From: Candidatus Sericytochromatia bacterium
Lineage (GTDB): Bacteria; Cyanobacteriota; Sericytochromatia; S15B-MN24; UBA4093
DNA: 57,790 nt
NCBI GenBank assembly: GCA_036676495.1
Contig: JAKFCT010000101.1
Coordinates: forward strand, 1 to 57,790
Reading direction: 5' to 3'
Part shown: piece after piece, positions 1 through 9,678 of the stretch
Numbering within the stretch: the first letter of the stretch is position 1
Layout of the letters: each line of letters begins with the position of its first letter
The notes under the pieces: generated by a model
What the model was told of the DNA's origin: nothing
The model's database searches: none
Seen by the model: only the letters and a program-made list of their open reading frames with translations
Translations under genes and position numbers: made by a program

Positions 1-1
1 G

Positions 2-673
2 AAGGAAATCTTCGACTACATCAAGTTCCCCGCCTTCCTCAAGCCCTACGACGGCGGCGGCTGGAAGAACGTCTACAAGGTCAACTCCCCTGAGGAGTTC
101 TTCCACTACTACCACCAGACCGGGCGCCTGATCATGGTGCTCCAGGAGTTCATCGACTTCGACCTCTACATCCGCTGCATCACGGTCGGCAAGGACAACA
201 TCATGCCGATCAAGTACGACCCCAAGAACCGCTGCTACGTCGTGGACCATAACTTCATGTCCGCGGAGCTCGGCGCCAAGGTCGTCCGCGATGCCCGCGT
301 GATCAACCACGCCCTCGGCTACGACATGAACTCGGTCGAGTTCGCCGTCCGTGACGGCATCCCCTACGCGATCGACTTCATGAACCCGGCCCCCGACATG
401 GACTACTACTCGATCACCCCCCACTACTTCCAGTGGGTCGTCGAGGCCATGTCCGACTTCGTCGTCAAGGTCGCCACCGAGGACCGCAAGATGGCCGAGC
501 ACTACCCCTGGGCCAAGATGATGAAGGGCCTCATGACGCCCGTGCCCGAGGTGACCACCGAGCAGCTCGCCAAGGCCACGAGCGATCTCAAGGCCTCGAA
601 GGCCGAAGCCAAGGAGCCCGCGCTCGCCGGCAAGGCCTCCAACGGCAAGAAGACCAGCACCAAGAAGAAGTAA
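2..673 (+). CDS. ATP-grasp domain protein (RimK/GshB-like), 5'-truncated by window edge
   Basis: Frame of ORF 134..673 is open back to base 2 (KEIFDYIKFPAFLKPYDGGGWKNVYK); ATP-grasp motifs LKP..GGG, LQEFI, NSVEFA, IDFMNPAPD; Lys-rich tail. Confidence 0.8.
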   Translation, partial: KEIFDYIKFPAFLKPYDGGGWKNVYKVNSPEEFFHYYHQTGRLIMVLQEFIDFDLYIRCITVGKDNIMPIKYDPKNRCYVVDHNFMSAELGAKVVRDARVINHALGYDMNSVEFAVRDGIPYAIDFMNPAPDMDYYSITPHYFQWVVEAMSDFVVKVATEDRKMAEHYPWAKMMKGLMTPVPEVTTEQLAKATSDLKASKAEAKEPALAGKASNGKKTSTKKK

Positions 674-685
674 GGCGCTCACGTT

Positions 686-716
686 TCAGCCCCCAGGCCG
701 ATGGCCTGGGGGCTGA
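686..716. terminator. Hairpin between convergent genes, probable terminator
   Basis: Perfect 14-bp stem tcagcccccaggcc-gat-ggcctgggggctga. Confidence 0.65.
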
Positions 717-750
717 TTCCGTTTACTCCCCGAGGGAAGCGTAAAGGGTG

Positions 751-975
751 CTAGAGTTTAGAGGCGCGGGCGCTCAGCAAGGTGGCGATCGCCGCCTGCC
801 ACTCCGCCCTCATCCCCAGCAGTTCCTGGTGCCCCTTGAGGCTATGGGCCTTGGGCTGCTCCTGCGCGAGGCGCTCGGAGATCTGCCGGGCGGCCTCGAG
901 CGCCTGAGTCAGCTGCTCGACGCTCAGCGCGTCCAAAGGGGCGCCCAGCCAGGATTCGAGCCAGGGGGGAGTCAT
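751..975 (-). CDS. Hypothetical 74-aa helical protein
   Basis: ATG overlaps the stop of the upstream kinase gene (ATGA coupling); MTPPWLESWLGAPLDALSVEQLTQALE... Confidence 0.6.
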   Translation of the reverse strand: MTPPWLESWLGAPLDALSVEQLTQALEAARQISERLAQEQPKAHSLKGHQELLGMRAEWQAAIATLLSARASKL

Positions 976-1877
976 TTCCAGGCGCCCTTGGGGACCATGA
1001 GGCGCAAGGCCTGGGGGCGGACCTCGATGTTCACCGGGGTGTAGCCCGCGGTGTCCCCGTCGAGCTGGTAGGGCAGGCGGCGCGAGGAGGTGACGTCCAC
1101 GCTGCGCACGCGCATGGCCTCGATCCGAGCGAAGCGCTTGCCGCGGCCGAAGAAGACCCGGGTCAGGCCGAAGATGACGTGGTACCAGCGCCGCGAGCGG
1201 AAGATCGTGAGATCCAGCAGGCCGTCGCGGGTGTCGGCCAGCTCGTTGACGGTCCGGCCCGGACCGCCGTAGAGGCGGGTGTTGCTCACCACCAGGAAGT
1301 AGCCCAGGCGGCGCAGCCGGCGGGTCCCGTCGATGCGCAGGCGCATGCGGCTGGCGCGGTGGGTGAAGAAGTTCTGGACGCCCGAGACCACGTACGCGAG
1401 CTGGCCCGCGATCTTCTTGAGGGTCGGCCACATGGCGTAGGTGACCATGGCGTCGTAGCCGATGCCGACCATCATGGTGAAGTAGCGGTTGTTGGCGCGT
1501 CCCAGGTCGATGCTGACGCAATCCCCGGCGACCGCGATCGCGGCGGCCGCTTGGTAGTCGGCGGGGATGCCGAACTCGTTGGCCAGGACGTTGACGGTGC
1601 CGGCGGGGATGAGGCCCAGGGAGGTCTGGGTATGGGCGATCGCCTGGACGACCTCGTTGACGGTGCCGTCGCCTCCCACCACCAGGATGCGGGCCACGCC
1701 GGAAGCGGCGGCAGCGGCGGCCAGCTCCTGCGCTTCGCCCGGGGCCTGGGTCATGCGCATCTCGGCCTGGAAGCCCGCCTCGACGAGCATGGCCAGCAGC
1801 CAGTCCCAGCCCTCCGCCTTGGGGCGCGTCGGACCGGCGACCGGGTTAACCAGAATCAGGGCCTTGGGTTGCGGCAT
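972..1877 (-). CDS. Diacylglycerol/lipid kinase family (YegS/Rv2252/BmrU)
   Basis: NPxAG, GGDGTVNE, PAGTVN and QLDGD motifs; GAGGA RBS before ATG at 1877. Confidence 0.92.
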   Translation of the reverse strand: MPQPKALILVNPVAGPTRPKAEGWDWLLAMLVEAGFQAEMRMTQAPGEAQELAAAAAASGVARILVVGGDGTVNEVVQAIAHTQTSLGLIPAGTVNVLANEFGIPADYQAAAAIAVAGDCVSIDLGRANNRYFTMMVGIGYDAMVTYAMWPTLKKIAGQLAYVVSGVQNFFTHRASRMRLRIDGTRRLRRLGYFLVVSNTRLYGGPGRTVNELADTRDGLLDLTIFRSRRWYHVIFGLTRVFFGRGKRFARIEAMRVRSVDVTSSRRLPYQLDGDTAGYTPVNIEVRPQALRLMVPKGAWK

Positions 1878-2034
1878 ACGTTCCTCGGACTCGTGCTTGG
1901 TTTCTATTCTACCCGGGTCGGGCATGCCGCGTCGAGCGGCGCGAGCAGCCTGGCTCGCCGACCAAGGCGGACCAAGGAGCGCAAGACCCCAGCTTGGAGC
2001 CGAATTCCCGGTAGCGACAAGCTGGGAAGTGAGC

Positions 2035-2040
2035 TATAAT
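2035..2040 (+). promoter_or_regulatory. Putative sigma70 -10 box for the trpE-DUF47-pit unit
   Basis: TATAAT about 48 nt upstream of the trpE ATG in a divergent intergenic region. Confidence 0.45.
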
Positions 2041-2087
2041 GCTCGCGTGAAAGCGAGGCTTCCGTTGTCGACCCCGTCGCGACGCCC

Positions 2088-3533
2088 ATGAGAATCCGCC
2101 CCTCACGCGAGGACTACCTCCGGCTCTCGGAGGGTTACGATCTCGTCCCTATTCAAGCCGAGCTCTCCGCGGACCTGGAGACCCCCGTTTCCGCCTACCT
2201 CAAGGTCTGCGCGGGCCGCAGCCCCTCCTTCCTGCTCGAGAGCGTCGAACAAGGCGATCAGATCGGCCGTTACTCGTACCTGGGCTGCGAGCCCTCCGAG
2301 ACCCTGATCTGGAACGGCGAGGGCGATCCCTGGGCGGGCCTGGCCTCCCGGATGAACGCGATCCGGATCGCGCCCGTCCCTGACGTCCCGTTCCCCGGCG
2401 GAGCCGTGGGTTTCTGGGGCTATGAGAGCATCCGGCACCTGGAGCCGCGGGTGCCGCTGGCTCCCCACGATGACCTCTCGCTGCCCGAAGCGGCCTTCAT
2501 GCTGACCCGCGGGGTGATCGCCTTCGACCATGCGCGCCGCACCCTGCGGATCGTCGCGTTCGCCGGCGGCCCCGACGGCTACGAGCGAGCCCAGCAGCTG
2601 ATCGAGGACTGGTCGGCCCGCTTGCGCGCGCCCCTCGTGGCCGCCCCGCTGGAGTTGGGTCAGCCGGCCACCGAGATTCCGATCAGCTCCAACCGCAGCC
2701 GCGAGGACTTCGAGGCGGCCGTCCTGAAGGCCCAGGAGCATATCCTCGCCGGGGACATCTTCCAGCTCGTGCTGTCTCAGCGTCTGAGCGCCTCCTACGA
2801 GGGGGACGCGTTCTCCCTTTATCGGGTGCTGCGGGCCATCAATCCGTCTCCTTACATGTTTTACCAAGACTGGGGATCGTTCCAGCTGGTGGGGTCCAGC
2901 CCCGAGGTCATGGTCCGGCTGGATGGCCGGAAGGCCACGGTTCGCCCGATCGCGGGCACCCGTCGACGGGGCGCGGTTCCGGACGAAGTGCTGGCCGAGG
3001 ACCTCTTGCAGGATCCCAAGGAGCGCGCCGAGCACCTCATGCTGGTGGACCTGGGCCGCAACGACCTGGGGCGCGTCTGCGTGCCGGGGACGGTCAAGGT
3101 CGACGCGCTGATGCGCATCGAGCGCTATTCGCATGTCCTTCACCTCGTGTCCGACGTACACGGGGAACTCTCTCCGGGTCAGTCGGGTCTGGACCTGTTA
3201 GCCGCGTGCTTTCCGGCCGGGACCGTGTCCGGATCTCCCAAGATTCGAGCAATGGAGCTCATTGCCACGCTGGAACCGACTCGCCGCGGGCCCTATTCGG
3301 GGGCCGTGGGCTTGCTCGGTTTCGATGGCAGCATCAACACCGGCATCACCATCCGCACCATGGTGGTTGCGGACGGACGGGTCCACGTCCAGGCCGGGGC
3401 CGGCATCGTCGCCGACTCCACGCCCGCCGGCGAGTATCAGGAAACCCTCTCCAAGGCGCAAGCGCTACTGCAAGCTTTGCAGAGCGCGCCCCCCGCGGCC
3501 CATGCGCCCATAGCCGCATTTGAAGGAGCCTAA
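2088..3533 (+). CDS. trpE: Anthranilate synthase component I
   Basis: LLESVE, NPSPYM (Trp-feedback motifs), PIAGTR, EHLMLVDLGRND, PAGTVSGSPK, GAGIVADS. Confidence 0.9.
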   Translation: MRIRPSREDYLRLSEGYDLVPIQAELSADLETPVSAYLKVCAGRSPSFLLESVEQGDQIGRYSYLGCEPSETLIWNGEGDPWAGLASRMNAIRIAPVPDVPFPGGAVGFWGYESIRHLEPRVPLAPHDDLSLPEAAFMLTRGVIAFDHARRTLRIVAFAGGPDGYERAQQLIEDWSARLRAPLVAAPLELGQPATEIPISSNRSREDFEAAVLKAQEHILAGDIFQLVLSQRLSASYEGDAFSLYRVLRAINPSPYMFYQDWGSFQLVGSSPEVMVRLDGRKATVRPIAGTRRRGAVPDEVLAEDLLQDPKERAEHLMLVDLGRNDLGRVCVPGTVKVDALMRIERYSHVLHLVSDVHGELSPGQSGLDLLAACFPAGTVSGSPKIRAMELIATLEPTRRGPYSGAVGLLGFDGSINTGITIRTMVVADGRVHVQAGAGIVADSTPAGEYQETLSKAQALLQALQSAPPAAHAPIAAFEGA

Positions 3534-3539
3534 CTCCCC

Positions 3540-4172
3540 ATGAGACTGATTCCCCGCGAAGAGTCGTTCTTCGACCTCCTGGAGGCCTCCGCTAAGAACG
3601 TGCTCGATACCGTTCGCCTGCTTCGCGACATGGTCGAGGACTACCGCGAGCTTCCGGCTCGCTTCCAGAAGATCCGGGATTCCGAGCATGCCGGCGATCG
3701 CATCACCCATCAACTGATGGACAAGCTGAATCGCACGTTCGTCACCCCGATCGACCGGGAGGACATCCACGCCCTGGCGTTCGACCTCGACGACATCGTC
3801 GATTCGATCGAGCTGGTGGCGGATCGCCTGCTGCTCTACAAGATCGAGAAGCCGACCGCGATGACCCTGAGCCTCGTGCGCATCCTGGTGCGCTGCTGCG
3901 AGGAGATCAACACGGCCGTTCCTCTGATGCGCGACACCAAGCGCATGAAGGAGATCCTCGACAACTGCATCGAGATCAACCGCCTGGAGAACGAGGGCGA
4001 TCAGCTCGGCCGGGCCGCCCTGGAGAAGCTTTTCGACAAGCCGGTCACCGAGGCCCAGGAAGTCCTGGACATCATGAAGTGGCATGACGTGTACGACGTG
4101 CTCGAGGACGCCATCGACTTCTGTGAGGACGTGGCCGACCGCCTGCATGGAGTGGTGATCAAGAATGCCTGA
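3540..4172 (+). CDS. DUF47/PhoU-like phosphate transport regulator
   Basis: EHAGD...TFVTPIDREDI, ENEGD motifs; adjacent to a pit gene. Confidence 0.9.
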   Translation: MRLIPREESFFDLLEASAKNVLDTVRLLRDMVEDYRELPARFQKIRDSEHAGDRITHQLMDKLNRTFVTPIDREDIHALAFDLDDIVDSIELVADRLLLYKIEKPTAMTLSLVRILVRCCEEINTAVPLMRDTKRMKEILDNCIEINRLENEGDQLGRAALEKLFDKPVTEAQEVLDIMKWHDVYDVLEDAIDFCEDVADRLHGVVIKNA

Positions 4173-5169
4173 GGTCCTGTTCCTGCTGGTCGTCATCGTT
4201 CTCTTGGCCTTGGCCTTCGATTACATCAACGGCTTTCACGACACGGCCAACGCCATCGCCGCCTCGGTTTCGACCGGGGTGCTGAGTCCCCGCAACGCCA
4301 TCATGCTGGCGGCCGTCATGAACCTGGCCGGCGCCATGACCAGCACCAAGGTCGCGGCCACCATCGGCAAGGGGATCATCGACCCGGCGTACGCCACGAG
4401 CTGGCTGGTCATCGCGGCCTTGCTCTCGGCGATCGCCTGGAACCTCCTGACCTGGTACTGGGGCTTGCCGTCCAGCTCGTCTCACGCCCTGATCGGCGGG
4501 GTGATGGGGGCCGGCTTCGCCGGTCACGGCTTCGGAGTCTTGCAGCTCAAGGGAATCGGCCGGATGATCGAGGCCCTGTTGATGAGCCCGGTCATCGGGT
4601 TCGTGCTGGCGTTCACGTTCATGACCGCCCTCTACTGGATCTTCCGGGGCTGGCTGCCGCATAACGTGAAGGCCTTGTTCCGTCCCATGCAGGTGCTCTC
4701 GGCGGCGTTCATCGCCTTCACGCACGGGGCGAACGACGCCCAGAAGTCGATGGGCATCATCCTCTTGGCCATGATCGGCGCCGGCGCGCTGAGCGCGGAC
4801 GCCGGGGTGCCCCTGTGGGTGAAGGTCTCCTGCGCGCTCGCCATGGCGGCGGGCACGGCGTCGGGAGGCTGGAAGATCATCAAGACCATGGGCACGAAGA
4901 TCGTGAAACTTCAGCCCATCAACGGCTTCGCGTCGGACTTCACCTCGGCGACGGTCATCATGGGAGCCACCCAGCTGGGTCTCCCGGTCTCGACCACGCA
5001 CGTGGCCTCCTCGGCCATCATGGGCGTGGGCTCCACCAAGCGTTTCAGCGCCGTGCGCTGGGGCGTGGCCGGCAACATGCTGATTGCCTGGGTGGTGACG
5101 ATTCCGATCACCTTCAGCTTGGCGGCGGTGCTGTACTGGGCGCTCCAGTACGCGTTTCACTTCCGTTAA
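4165..5169 (+). CDS. pit: Inorganic phosphate transporter, PiT family
   Basis: NGFHDTANAIA, PSSSSHALIGG, HGANDAQK, PVSTTH signatures. Confidence 0.95.
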   Translation: MPEVLFLLVVIVLLALAFDYINGFHDTANAIAASVSTGVLSPRNAIMLAAVMNLAGAMTSTKVAATIGKGIIDPAYATSWLVIAALLSAIAWNLLTWYWGLPSSSSHALIGGVMGAGFAGHGFGVLQLKGIGRMIEALLMSPVIGFVLAFTFMTALYWIFRGWLPHNVKALFRPMQVLSAAFIAFTHGANDAQKSMGIILLAMIGAGALSADAGVPLWVKVSCALAMAAGTASGGWKIIKTMGTKIVKLQPINGFASDFTSATVIMGATQLGLPVSTTHVASSAIMGVGSTKRFSAVRWGVAGNMLIAWVVTIPITFSLAAVLYWALQYAFHFR

Positions 5170-5236
5170 GCCGCGGGCGCTTCCGTTAAGCCGCGGGCGC
5201 TTCCGTTAAGCCGCGGGCGCTTCCGGTAAGCCGCGG
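5160..5236. repeat. Tandem repeat, 20-bp unit x ~3.8
   Basis: cttccgttaagccgcgggcg x3 exact plus a degenerate fourth copy; first copy contains the pit stop codon. Confidence 0.95.
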
Positions 5237-5248
5237 ACGAACCATGGG

Positions 5249-5283
5249 CCGGAGGCCGGGCAATGCCCGGCCTCCGGTTTTTT
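5249..5283 (+). terminator. Rho-independent terminator after pit
   Basis: ccggaggccggg-caatg-cccggcctccgg followed by T6. Confidence 0.85.
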
Positions 5284-5448
5284 GCGGCACATCGCCGAAA
5301 GCAGGCGAGCAGAATTCACCCGGAACCTCCCGTCAGAATCGACGAAACCCCGGGGCTTCTCGCTTGTCGGGTACGCCCAAGGCCCCTGCCTGGCGGTCGT
5401 CGGCCCTGACGAAGTTGGCCGGTTTTTCGAAAAAAGAGGCGATGAAGC

Positions 5449-5477
5449 TTTACATCGGCACCCGAGCGTGATAGGGT
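5449..5477 (+). promoter_or_regulatory. Putative promoter of KGG gene 1
   Basis: TTTACA-N17-TAGGGT. Confidence 0.5.
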
Positions 5478-5618
5478 GAGTTCACAAAAGTTAACAAGGT
5501 TAGCCCAAGGGCAGCCTCGCTAGTCCCTTCATGGCCCAGACCCGACCCACTTAGAAGCCCAATCCTAGAACTGCCGCAGCGTGCCGAGGCCCCCTGGCAG
5601 GGAAAGGAGAGTACTGGA

Positions 5619-5915
5619 ATGGTCGGGAACAAACCGGGCCCCGCGAAGGGCGATCCTCGGATGGTAGAAGCCGGTCGTCGGGGTGGCCAGACGGTCAAGG
5701 AAGAGCGCGGTCGCGAGTTCTTCCAGCAGATCGGTCAAAAAGGTGGCCAGGCCACCAAGGCCAAGTACGGTCCCGAATTCTTCTCATCGATAGGCAGAAA
5801 AGGCGGCGAGGCCGTCAAGAAAGAACGGGGCGTGGAGTTCTACTCCTCGATCGGCCGCAAGGGAGGAGCCACCTCCCGCGCCGGCCGCAAGAAGAGCAAC
5901 ACCCCCGTCAAGTAA
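5619..5915 (+). CDS. KGG-repeat general stress protein (YciG/GsiB/Em-like)
   Basis: Repeated EF(F/Y)xxIG(Q/R)KGG units; AAGGAG RBS. Confidence 0.88.
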   Translation: MVGNKPGPAKGDPRMVEAGRRGGQTVKEERGREFFQQIGQKGGQATKAKYGPEFFSSIGRKGGEAVKKERGVEFYSSIGRKGGATSRAGRKKSNTPVK

Positions 5916-5933
5916 CCCCGCGCCTTTTAGACC

Positions 5934-5961
5934 GAAGGGCCCCGCGAAAGCGGGGCCCTTC
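5934..5961 (+). terminator. Hairpin after KGG gene
   Basis: gaagggccccgc-gaaa-gcggggcccttc; no clear U-tract. Confidence 0.6.
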
Positions 5962-6128
5962 CCCTATCGCGCCGTAGCCGTTACCATTAAAGCGTCCGAT
6001 TGACGCCTTCGGCTTGCTCCCGCGGCGGTTTCGCAAGGCCGCAAGGGCTCGTCGTGAGGCGTTCAGGATTGGGGCATGGTGCCTATGCTCGCGGGCCTGA
6101 AGAAACGACGTTAGCTACGGGAGGGGAA

Positions 6129-8051
6129 ATGAGCGCGACCATCCGCATTCAACGCTGGCACGGGGCCTTGGCCCTCGTCCTCATCGGCCTGCTGATGCCT
6201 CTGCCGGCCGAAGCCGGCATGGGCGCCGAAATCCTCGACTGGAAGGGCCGCCGCATCGCCCTCGTCCGCGGCACCGCCAAGCAAAAAGACCTCCCCCTCC
6301 GCGCCATCCCCCTCGTCACGCGCCAGGCCGTCGTCGCCATCGAAGACTCCCGCTTCTACTCCCACTTCGGAGTCGACGTCCGCGGCACCGCCCGCGCCCT
6401 CTTCACCAACCTCCAGGAGGGGCGCGCCGCCGAAGGCGGCAGCACCATCACCCAGCAGGTCGCCCGCATCCTCTACCTCAGCCAGGAGAAAACCCTCCAG
6501 CGCAAGCTCAACGAGGCCATGTTCGCCCTCAAGCTCGAACGCGAGTACACCAAGGACCAGATCCTCGAGATCTACCTCAACCGCGCCTACTGGGGACACG
6601 GCGCCGAAGGCATCGAGGCCGCCTCCCAGACCTACTTCGGCAAGTCCTGCAGCAAGCTCAACCTGCCCGAAAGCGCCCTCCTCGCCGGATTACTGCAACG
6701 CCCCGAGGGCCTCACCCCCCTGCGCAATCCCGACGCCGCCAAAAAACGCCAGCACATCGTCCTCGACCGCATGGCCGAACTATCGATCATCACCAAGGCC
6801 GACGCCGCAAAAGCCAAGCGCACGAAACTCCGCTTCGCCCCCAACCCGGATCGCTCCCACCAGGCCCCCTACTTCACCGCCCACCTCATCAACCAGCTCA
6901 CCAACCGCTACGGGGATGACGCCATCTTTCGCGGAGACCTCAAGGTCTGGACCACCCTCGATCTCGACATGCAGACCCACGCCGAGAAGCTGATCGCCAA
7001 CTTGGTCAAGACCCAAGGCAAGCGCTATCGCTTCGACCAAGCTGCGCTCGTCGCCCTCGACCCCCGCTCCGGCTACGTCCGCGCCATGGTCGGTGGAGCC
7101 GATTACCAGAAGAGCCAGTTCAACCGCGCCGTCCAGGCCAAGCGGCAACCTGGCTCGACTTTCAAGCCCTTCGTCTTCCTGACGGCGTTCGCCCAGGGAA
7201 TCTCGCCGGATGCGACGGCCTCCGATGCGGTCGCCAGCTATCCTCAGGCCAACGGCAAGCGCTGGACCCCTCGCAACTACGACAACGAGTCGCTGGGCGT
7301 CACCACCCTGCGCAAGGCCCTCGAACACTCCAACAACGTCATCACCGTCAAGCTGCTCAAGGACGTCGGCACGGGCCCCGTCATCGACCATGCCCATCGC
7401 TTCGGCATCTCCACCGACCTCACCCGCGATCTCTCCCTGGGCCTCGGCACCTCGGTCGTCACGCCCCTCGAATTGACGTCGGCCTACGGAGTGCTGGCCG
7501 CCGACGGGATGAAAGCCGAGCCCGTGACCTACTTTCGCATCACCGACGCCAAGGGGCGCGTCCTCGAGGAGATCCGTCCCCAGGCCTACCGCGTGATGGA
7601 TCCGACCCCGGTCCGCACGCTCAACGGCGTCCTGCAAGGAGTCGTCGAGCGGGGAACCGCGAAGCGCGCGGCCATCGGACGCCCCGCGGCAGGCAAGACC
7701 GGCACCACCAACGATTACCGGGATGCCTGGTTCGTGGGGTACGTGCCGCAGCTGGTCACGAGCATCTGGATCGGCAATGACGACAACTCGGTCACCAAGC
7801 GGGCAACCGGGGGAGCGGTCTGCGCTCCCGTCTGGGCATCCTTCATGAAGACGGCGCTGAAAAGCGAGCCTGCCATGCCCTTCCTCTTGCCGCAGCCGCC
7901 CGAACCGGCCCCCATGGCGCCGGAGGGTCAACCTGACGCCTCCGAGTCGGAGCCGCTCGCTCCGATGGACGTGGAGTTCGGTGACGAGGCCTTCCCGGCA
8001 AACGCCCCCGCGGACATCGTCCCCCCGCCGTCGGCTCCGATCAGCGAGTAA
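6129..8051 (+). CDS. Class A penicillin-binding protein (PBP1A family)
   Basis: Transglycosylase EDSRFYSHFGVD, GGSTITQQ, RKLNE; transpeptidase GSTFK, SNN, KTGT; start placed at ATG 6129 after GGAGGGG. Confidence 0.95.
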   Translation: MSATIRIQRWHGALALVLIGLLMPLPAEAGMGAEILDWKGRRIALVRGTAKQKDLPLRAIPLVTRQAVVAIEDSRFYSHFGVDVRGTARALFTNLQEGRAAEGGSTITQQVARILYLSQEKTLQRKLNEAMFALKLEREYTKDQILEIYLNRAYWGHGAEGIEAASQTYFGKSCSKLNLPESALLAGLLQRPEGLTPLRNPDAAKKRQHIVLDRMAELSIITKADAAKAKRTKLRFAPNPDRSHQAPYFTAHLINQLTNRYGDDAIFRGDLKVWTTLDLDMQTHAEKLIANLVKTQGKRYRFDQAALVALDPRSGYVRAMVGGADYQKSQFNRAVQAKRQPGSTFKPFVFLTAFAQGISPDATASDAVASYPQANGKRWTPRNYDNESLGVTTLRKALEHSNNVITVKLLKDVGTGPVIDHAHRFGISTDLTRDLSLGLGTSVVTPLELTSAYGVLAADGMKAEPVTYFRITDAKGRVLEEIRPQAYRVMDPTPVRTLNGVLQGVVERGTAKRAAIGRPAAGKTGTTNDYRDAWFVGYVPQLVTSIWIGNDDNSVTKRATGGAVCAPVWASFMKTALKSEPAMPFLLPQPPEPAPMAPEGQPDASESEPLAPMDVEFGDEAFPANAPADIVPPPSAPISE

Positions 8052-8071
8052 CCTTTGCCGTCGGGCGGGCC

Positions 8072-9466
8072 TCAGCCATGATCGGCGGTGGCCGGAAGGT
8101 TGAGTTCGGGGCGTAGCGAGCGCAGGCGCTCGTAGGCGTTCGGCGATCGCGGGAAAAGCTGTTGCACCAGCTCGGGACGCGCCAGGCGCGGCGTGAGCAA
8201 GGCATCGAGGCGCGGGGTCTCGCCGCGCAGGGCTTCCACCAGCTGAACCAGCGGATCCAGCGCTCCCTTGCCGAGATCGCGCTCGGCGAGCGTCTGGGTG
8301 CCGGCGCGCAGCCGCCAGCCGAAGACCGGAGCCTCCGGGCCTTGGCTGATCCCCATGTGAGGCAAGAGCAACCCTTCGTAGGCCATCAGCACGCGCAGCA
8401 GATGAAGCTCCTGCGCCAGGCGATCCGCGAAGGGAACTGGTTCCAGGTTTTGCCTCAACGAGGGACACAGTGCCAGTTCCAAGCCCAGCTCGAGCTGCAG
8501 GCCGCGGCTTTCGGGGGGCTCGGGGAAGGGAGCGAGCTCCTGGGTCCCCAGGATTCGCATGGACGCGAGCATGCGGTCGAAGGAAGGGGCCACCTCGGCG
8601 AGGCGCTCATGGGGAATCCGGTAGCCGATTACCCAGGGAAGGCCGCCCACCATGCCGAAGCGATAGCGGCCTCGCTCGGTGCGAGGACGCTCTCCGCTCC
8701 AGGCGTCGCCGGAAACCGACGTGCCATCGAAGACGAGCTCGTCCCAGGTGCCCGAGCGCAGGATCAGGCCCGGGCGCTCCAGCAGCGGCACGAAGTTGCG
8801 GTAATCCAGGCGGGCGCGCTGGGAGAACTCGCCCAGCGACTGGGGCTGCCCCCAGGCGACCTGGAAGACGCCTCCCTCGGGAAGCGTCACGACGCAGGAG
8901 CCGGTGGCTCCGTTGACGTCGGGGACCACGTCCCAGGTCGAGGGGTGATTGAAGGCGAACTCCTGAACGGAGGCCATGTAGCGGTGGTGGCGCCAGGCGG
9001 GCTCATGGGCGTCGAGCCCGTTCAGGAAGTGGAAGCGCTTGAGGATGCCCTCGGCGGCGGGGCGGCGGCGCGCGCCGGCGGCGCCGTTGAGGCGGTACGC
9101 CACGCGCCAGATGATCCCGGCCCGCTGCGTGAAGCGGGCGCAGAGGCGGTCGGGCTGCGGCGTGCGGGCGTCCTTCCAGCCGTGGTAGACGACCTCCGAC
9201 CAGGCGATCCCCTCGCTGGTCACGCGCTGCTGCTGCACGACCTCATGGCGCGCATAGCGCGCCGCGGCGTTCTCCAACTCCCCATGCGGAGATAAGCTGG
9301 GTCCCCACTCGATCGTGACCGATCCGCCCAGGTCTTCGGTGGAGAGCTCGACGGCCCCCTGGTTGGGCGTGGCATGAGAGGTCTCCAGCAGCCAATCAGA
9401 AGGGTATTCGATCGCGAAGCACGGAAGGGTGGAACGGCACTCGTAGCTCAGCAGCGACACGGGCAT
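8072..9466 (-). CDS. Hypothetical protein: two PsbP/DcrB-like repeats plus an FlhA(FHIPEP)-like C-terminal fragment
   Basis: Repeats FAIEYPSDW / FAFNHPSTW ending ILKRFHFL / MLASMRIL; C-terminus LELGLELAL...LRVLMAYEGLLLPHMGI; GGAG RBS before ATG 9466. Confidence 0.55.
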   Translation of the reverse strand: MPVSLLSYECRSTLPCFAIEYPSDWLLETSHATPNQGAVELSTEDLGGSVTIEWGPSLSPHGELENAAARYARHEVVQQQRVTSEGIAWSEVVYHGWKDARTPQPDRLCARFTQRAGIIWRVAYRLNGAAGARRRPAAEGILKRFHFLNGLDAHEPAWRHHRYMASVQEFAFNHPSTWDVVPDVNGATGSCVVTLPEGGVFQVAWGQPQSLGEFSQRARLDYRNFVPLLERPGLILRSGTWDELVFDGTSVSGDAWSGERPRTERGRYRFGMVGGLPWVIGYRIPHERLAEVAPSFDRMLASMRILGTQELAPFPEPPESRGLQLELGLELALCPSLRQNLEPVPFADRLAQELHLLRVLMAYEGLLLPHMGISQGPEAPVFGWRLRAGTQTLAERDLGKGALDPLVQLVEALRGETPRLDALLTPRLARPELVQQLFPRSPNAYERLRSLRPELNLPATADHG

Positions 9467-9678
9467 GGCTCTCCGCAGGAAGGGGCACATGGTCTAATTA
9501 ACCCCAGTCTGCCTGTTAACAAACCGGGATCCGATGAGCCAAACGTAAAGATTCCGCGGGTTTGCGCCATCCTCCTGGACCCGGGAGTCCGGAATCCGTG
9601 ACCTCCCTGCGGCGCTCCGTCGAGGCCCGCGAGAAAAGGCGCTAGAATGGGGCTGTCATGGACCTGGAAGGAGCCCCT

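Noticed and set aside
2041-2087. trp attenuator or T-box before trpE
   Set aside because: No Trp-codon leader peptide, T-box motif or U-tailed terminator; only a small hairpin.
5160-5236. Possible CRISPR array
   Set aside because: Units are directly adjacent with no spacers, are only 20 bp, and there are no cas genes.
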